A stretch of 64,000 bases of DNA from the human T2T-CHM13v2.0 reference genome, Homo sapiens. The notes beneath the pieces are model-generated. The model did no database searches. It was not told the DNA's origin and worked only from the letters and a program-made list of their open reading frames with translations. The position numbers and the translations under genes were made by a program. Below are positions 58,300-64,000 of this stretch, piece by piece (the stretch's first letter is position 1; each line of letters begins with the position of its first letter). The stretch is taken from assembly GCF_009914755.1 (NCBI RefSeq), contig NC_060941.1. The stretch is one strand, 5' to 3'.

Positions 58300-60366
58300 T
58301 GAGAGCAGGCAGCAGCAAGAAGCAAGATGCTGAGATGCTGGGTTGTGGCAAGCCGCCTGCCTTGGGGCCGGAATTTTCCATGGCAGTAAATCCATCTCTT
58401 CTGAGAGGTGGTGGCACAGAGGACATGAGCGAGGTGCCAGCGTCAGTGCGGTGTTTACTGCACAGATAGAATATTTACAGCTCCATCTTTGGTGTAAAAT
58501 GTGGCTCTTTCAGACCCTACGAAGGTCACTAGAATGTCAGGGAATTTATGGATGTTTTATAGTACATCGTGCTGGCGAGCAAGATAACAGGATTCTGTTC
58601 CTCTGCACCCAGTGCCGAGAGACACCCAGAGTGGGAAAACAGTGAGCAGCTGGCTGAGAATCAGCTCCCCCCGCCTGCTCCACCCCGCCCAATCCTGCTC
58701 ATTTATGCTCGTGTGTATTCTATTTGTCCGTGTGCATGTAGAACATATGTTACTCCAGGCAGGGGAGGGGAGGTTCAAGTGTGCAGAAGGGAGAACAATT
58801 AGAAAAATCATGAATCACGAATCTGTTTCTGCTTCTACTGTTAGGGCTAATTATTTCTTGGTTTTACGTAAGAGATGCTGTCTTAATTAAAGCTGGTAAG
58901 GTCCTGGGTAGATTATAGTTCTAGATTCTAGCATCACAGCAAGGGGCAGGGACCTTAGAGATAATAAAATCCATAGTTGTCATTTTCAATGAGGAAACCA
59001 AAGTCTGAAGACCGTTTGCTGAATGTGCTTTCATGTTATTAGAGTTTTGGGGGAAAGATTTTGAATGTTACCTCTTGTGCATCTCAGAGGAGAGCTGAGT
59101 TTGGCTGGCTTCTCTGGGAGTGGTCCCTAATCATCCTCTGCAGTTGGTACCTAGCTAGTTAGAAACCAATAACCAGCCAATAGAAAGCCGCCTGCTTCCT
59201 ATTGTTGACACACACTTCTGCCTTCTTACGGGTTTCTTCTGCCCAGGCACTGGTTGGATCCTCTCGAATTTAAGTCATGTGTTTATTCATTCATTTGCCC
59301 AACATGTCTCTGGGAGGGCATCCTAATTAGAGAGCCTGTGACGTGGCTCTGGGGGACACAGATGGGAACAACACAAAGCCAGTACCCAAGGAGTTTCTAT
59401 CTCATAAGGCACTGGAACCACTGTTGCTAAGTCACAGCCAGCAAGTCCCGGCAACTGCAGAGAGCTCTGCTCCCAGGGACGCTTCCCCAGCTACAAGTAC
59501 CAGGCCAGGAGCCCAAGCTCTGCCATGGTACTGTTCCTCTTGGCATTTCCCTTCTCTCCTTTTAGCTTCAGCCACGCTATCTGTAAAAGCATTTTGCTGA
59601 ATTAAGTGAGTGTCCATAATTCTGGGTTGTTCTAACTCTAAGGAGGAAGTGGCCAGCCAGCCTGAAAAGTATGTTAGGGTTGAACCTGTTGCTGATGTCT
59701 TCAGTACGGGGTTGGCATGGAGGGGAATTTGGAGATGACGGAACATTACAGGGAACAAAAGTCCATGGAAACAAACAACCGGGGGCAGGGAAACCTTCAT
59801 GGTAGGATGCCAAGGAATAAATACAGAAGGGATGACAGCGACAGAAAGGTCACCAACAGATGCTGACATTAGTGGGTGAGAGCACAATTAAGATCAAGGT
59901 ATTTATGCACCTCCAAACATCTCTTCACAAATTGTTTATTAAATACAAAGAGAAGAGAGTAACGTCATTGTGGAAACACCTGGCAGACAGCACCTGAACC
60001 ACATGATTAAGGGTAGTTTCACCAATATGATGACAAAGGGCCAGGTGCCTCCAGATATGATGCACTGGGGAGGACGCAGTGTCACTTCCATGGCGTTCCC
60101 AGAAAAAATGCCTGACCTGAACCGATCACTAAGAAACATCAGAAGAACCCAAATTGGGGTATGTTCTGCAAAATAACTGGCCCATAGTCTTCAAAAATGT
60201 TACGGTAAAGGAAGGTGAAGAAAGGCTGAGAAGTTGGTTCAGATTAAAGGAAGCTAATGAGAGTGGCCAATGCAGCTTGTGGTCGCCAGTTTGGTTCTGG
60301 ACCACGCAGCTCATGGCAAGAAAGGATATTATTTGGATAACTGGTGGAATTTAATATGAACTGTGG

Positions 60367-60709
<343 letters not shown>

Positions 60710-60858
60710 TTATCAATGGCAAGTTTCCTGATTTTGATTGTTGTACTTCAGTTAGGTAAGAGAAAGTCTTTATTCTCAGAAAAGTGCACCTAGAGGAAGA
60801 GACGTGATGTCTCAGACTTACTCTCAAAAGGTGCAGGAGAAAAAGAATGTGCACAGAG

Positions 60859-61281
<423 letters not shown>

Positions 61282-61552
61282 TTATGAAAAAAACGTAAAA
61301 GCAGCTCAGTACATTGTGGAATTTAATAAGTTATTGGTCTTCAATCAAAACCTACCTGATTTGAGATTGATCTGTTCATCAAGACCATAAAAGCATAATG
61401 CAAAGGAGCCAGTGCAATTAACCAGGCCACTGAGACTCTTGGGTCCTTTGCCCTTTCTCTGGTAAGTACTCAGGTAGCAAAAGAAACTCAGTTATTCATT
61501 ACTTCTACCTGGCCAGCCAAAAAGTTGTCCCAGTCATAAACTGAATCAGTGA

Positions 61553-61772
61553 CCTCTCTTTTCCTTCTTCCCTCCTTTCCTTCTTCCTTCTTTCCTTTCT
61601 CTCTTCCTTCTTTCCTCCTTCCCTTCCTTCCTTTTCTTATCTTTCTCTCCAATTTTCATTTCTTCTCTAATACTGAATTACCAGCATTTTCTTTCTCTTT
61701 CTTTCCCTCCTTCCTTCTTCTCTCCCTCCCTTCCTCCCTTCCTCTCTCTCTTTCTCTTTCCTTCTTTCTCAT
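61553..61772. repeat. Low-complexity polypyrimidine (CT-rich) tract
   Basis: Direct read. Confidence 0.85.
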
Positions 61773-61779
61773 TTAGCCT

Positions 61780-62070
61780 CCATGTCAATAATTGCTTTGA
61801 TGTGAAAGAACAGCTTCTTCGTTCTTGCTTTCCTGGTTTCCATTTTTCCAGATAGAAGTGGAAGAAACAGTCTTGAAAAGTGCTCAGTGAGAAAAAAAAT
61901 AGCAGAGTTGAAATTAAATATTGTAATGATGTAAAACAGTAAGCAGCCCTGCTTGACAGCCCTGACAGCTATTTGTTCTAGAAAACAGCATTTATGATGT
62001 CAGTCCTATACTGGAGTATGTTTGAATTAAAATAATTATGGCTGATAGCACAACAAAGATCCCTGGAAGT
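61780..62070. promoter_or_regulatory. Candidate conserved non-coding element
   Basis: CTTTGATG (61795), paired TGACAG (61954, 61963), AACAAAG (62052), several TAAT/ATTA cores. Confidence 0.4.
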
Positions 62071-62344
62071 CAATCATCCTTCACAAATACCACAGATAGA
62101 ACCTTCCCGGTGGCGGGAAAAGACTCTGTCATAGATGGAAGCAACAAAGGACTTGCCGGAGATCCCTCCAGAAACCCAGATGTCCTCTGGGAAGCCAGAA
62201 TGCCTCACCTCTGAAAGAAGCCCATGTGTGTATGACGTGGCCTCTGAGGCCGCGGTGCCTGTAGGACTGAGAGGACAGGTCACTGTCACTCCTGGGATAC
62301 ACTGCGTCCTTCTCAGGTCAACTGTGTTGACTGAATTGACATGC

Positions 62345-62642
62345 TTATTATTATTATTATTTGAGACAGGGTCTCGTTCTGTCACCCAGGTTGGAGTGCA
62401 GTGGCGTGATCATGGCTCACTACAGCCTCAACCTCACGAGCACCACTGATCTTCTCACCAAGCCTCCCCAGTAGCTGGGACTACATCCATGCATCACCAC
62501 GCCTGGCTAATTTTTCAAGTTTTTTACAGAAGGTGATCTCATTATGTTGCCCAGGCTGGTCTTGAACTCCTGGCCTCAAGCAATCCACCTGCCTTGGCCT
62601 CCAAAAGTGCTGAGATTCCAGGTGTGAACCACCGTGCCCACT
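62345..62642 (-). mobile_element. AluJ-like
   Basis: GATCATGGCTCACTACAGCCTCAACC; (TTA)n tail. Confidence 0.93.
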
Positions 62643-62863
62643 GACCCACTGTTTTGGTGATATCATATGGACAACCCAAAGTGAACATCTTTGTCCTCTT
62701 TCTCTATTGCAGTTTTAAATTTGAAATTACCAATAGCGCTGATTCAATTTTTGTGCCAAAAAGGGGATCATTGAGGACCTGGCTGAGATGGTCTGATGCC
62801 CAGAAACACTTCTTGACCCATAGGTAGACCTCTTTCCAGCTTATTCCTGTTGTTTAGGATTTA

Positions 62864-63177
<314 letters not shown>

Positions 63178-63644
63178 GATTTCATTCTTTCCAGAGTAAA
63201 GCACCTCCAAGGGGGTCGCAGCTTGGCACCCTTCAGGCTTAAGGGAAGTTGTTGGGTTTGGGACTTAAAGCTACTGGGGCTTGAAGGGGTAGGGAAGGAG
63301 TGAGAGGAGGGTCAGGGGGGCAGGAGATAAGCAGAGAAATGGGGGGTTTCCTGGGGCCCAAAGCTGGGCCCTGGTAGTGGGGGAGCCTTGTCCCCTCCAC
63401 TCCTTCAGCTCTGTGCAGGCTGGGCAGGGCAGAGCTTGCAGATCCTAGCCTGGGTCAGAGCCCCCCATGAACACTCCACCCCTTCATCCTGCTCCTTCCT
63501 TCTCCCCTTCCTCCACATTCTGGACCTGCTCATCCCAGCCCAGGTTGTGAAACTCTGTTCAGGCTGATCAGTTTCTCTGCATGAGCTCAGGACTGGGGGG
63601 TGTGGAGGAACTCCCTCTTCATCTCCATACTGACCTCCCTCTGC

Positions 63645-64000
63645 ATGTCCCTCTGGGACGGAACAGTGTCACCCCAGAATTCCCATCTGCATGGAACTGC
63701 AGAGCAGGGCTTGGTTTGGAGTAAGGGTCTTCATAGACATAATTGAGTTAAGGGTCTAAATGCAATCACCCTGGATTTAGGGTGGGCTCTAAACTGAATG
63801 ACTGGGGTCTTTGCAAGAGAAAGAAGAGAACATTTGGGATGCACAGACACAGAGAGGCAGATGGGAGCCATGTGTCTGTAAGCTAAGAAACCAAGGATCG
63901 CCGGGAGCCACAAGAAGCTGGGAGACAGGCCTGGACAGAGTCTCTCTCAGAGCCTCCAGAAGGAAATAACCCCCACCTTCATCTTGAACTTCCAGGCTCC
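63645..64000 (+). mobile_element. MaLR LTR, MLT1C/D-like, runs off window end
   Basis: TTTGGAGTAAGGGTCTT...GGATTTAGGGTGGGCTCTAAA...CTCTCAGAGCCTCCAGAAGGAA. Confidence 0.85.

Noticed and set aside
61459-61467. Strong donor-like CTG/GTAAGT
   Set aside because: No clear upstream acceptor or promoter; cannot be supported without transcript data

Overview
Primate (most likely human) nuclear non-coding DNA: intergenic or deep intronic. I find no credible protein-coding exon, RNA gene or CRISPR-type feature, and I cannot name the locus from sequence alone. The supplied ORFs are mostly Alu, L1, LTR or tandem-repeat read-throughs. Much of the window is interspersed repeat: about 32 Alus (many with target-site duplications, TSDs), old L1M, L2 and MIR fragments, an ancient L3/CR1 LINE with recognisable reverse-transcriptase motifs, and solo LTRs (MER41A, MER57, MER61, THE1, LTR22, MER21, MLT1, MLT2, LTR16-like), several nested. 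There are five minisatellites (39, ~41, 40, 21 and 50 bp units) and several microsatellites. Unique AT-rich, motif-dense blocks between the repeats resemble developmental enhancers. Most unusual observations: (1) a ~150-bp templated patchwork inside an L2 at 8584-8733; (2) a PBX-HOX/MEIS motif cluster at ~6.3-6.6 kb; (3) a perfect RFX X-box at 39275; (4) an Alu tail expanded into (GAA)20(GCA)11; (5) a 5'-truncated Alu capped by an inverted poly(A). I see no evidence for a wholly new biological system. Repeat subfamily names are from recall of consensus sequences, not a database search, and boundaries of old repeats are approximate.
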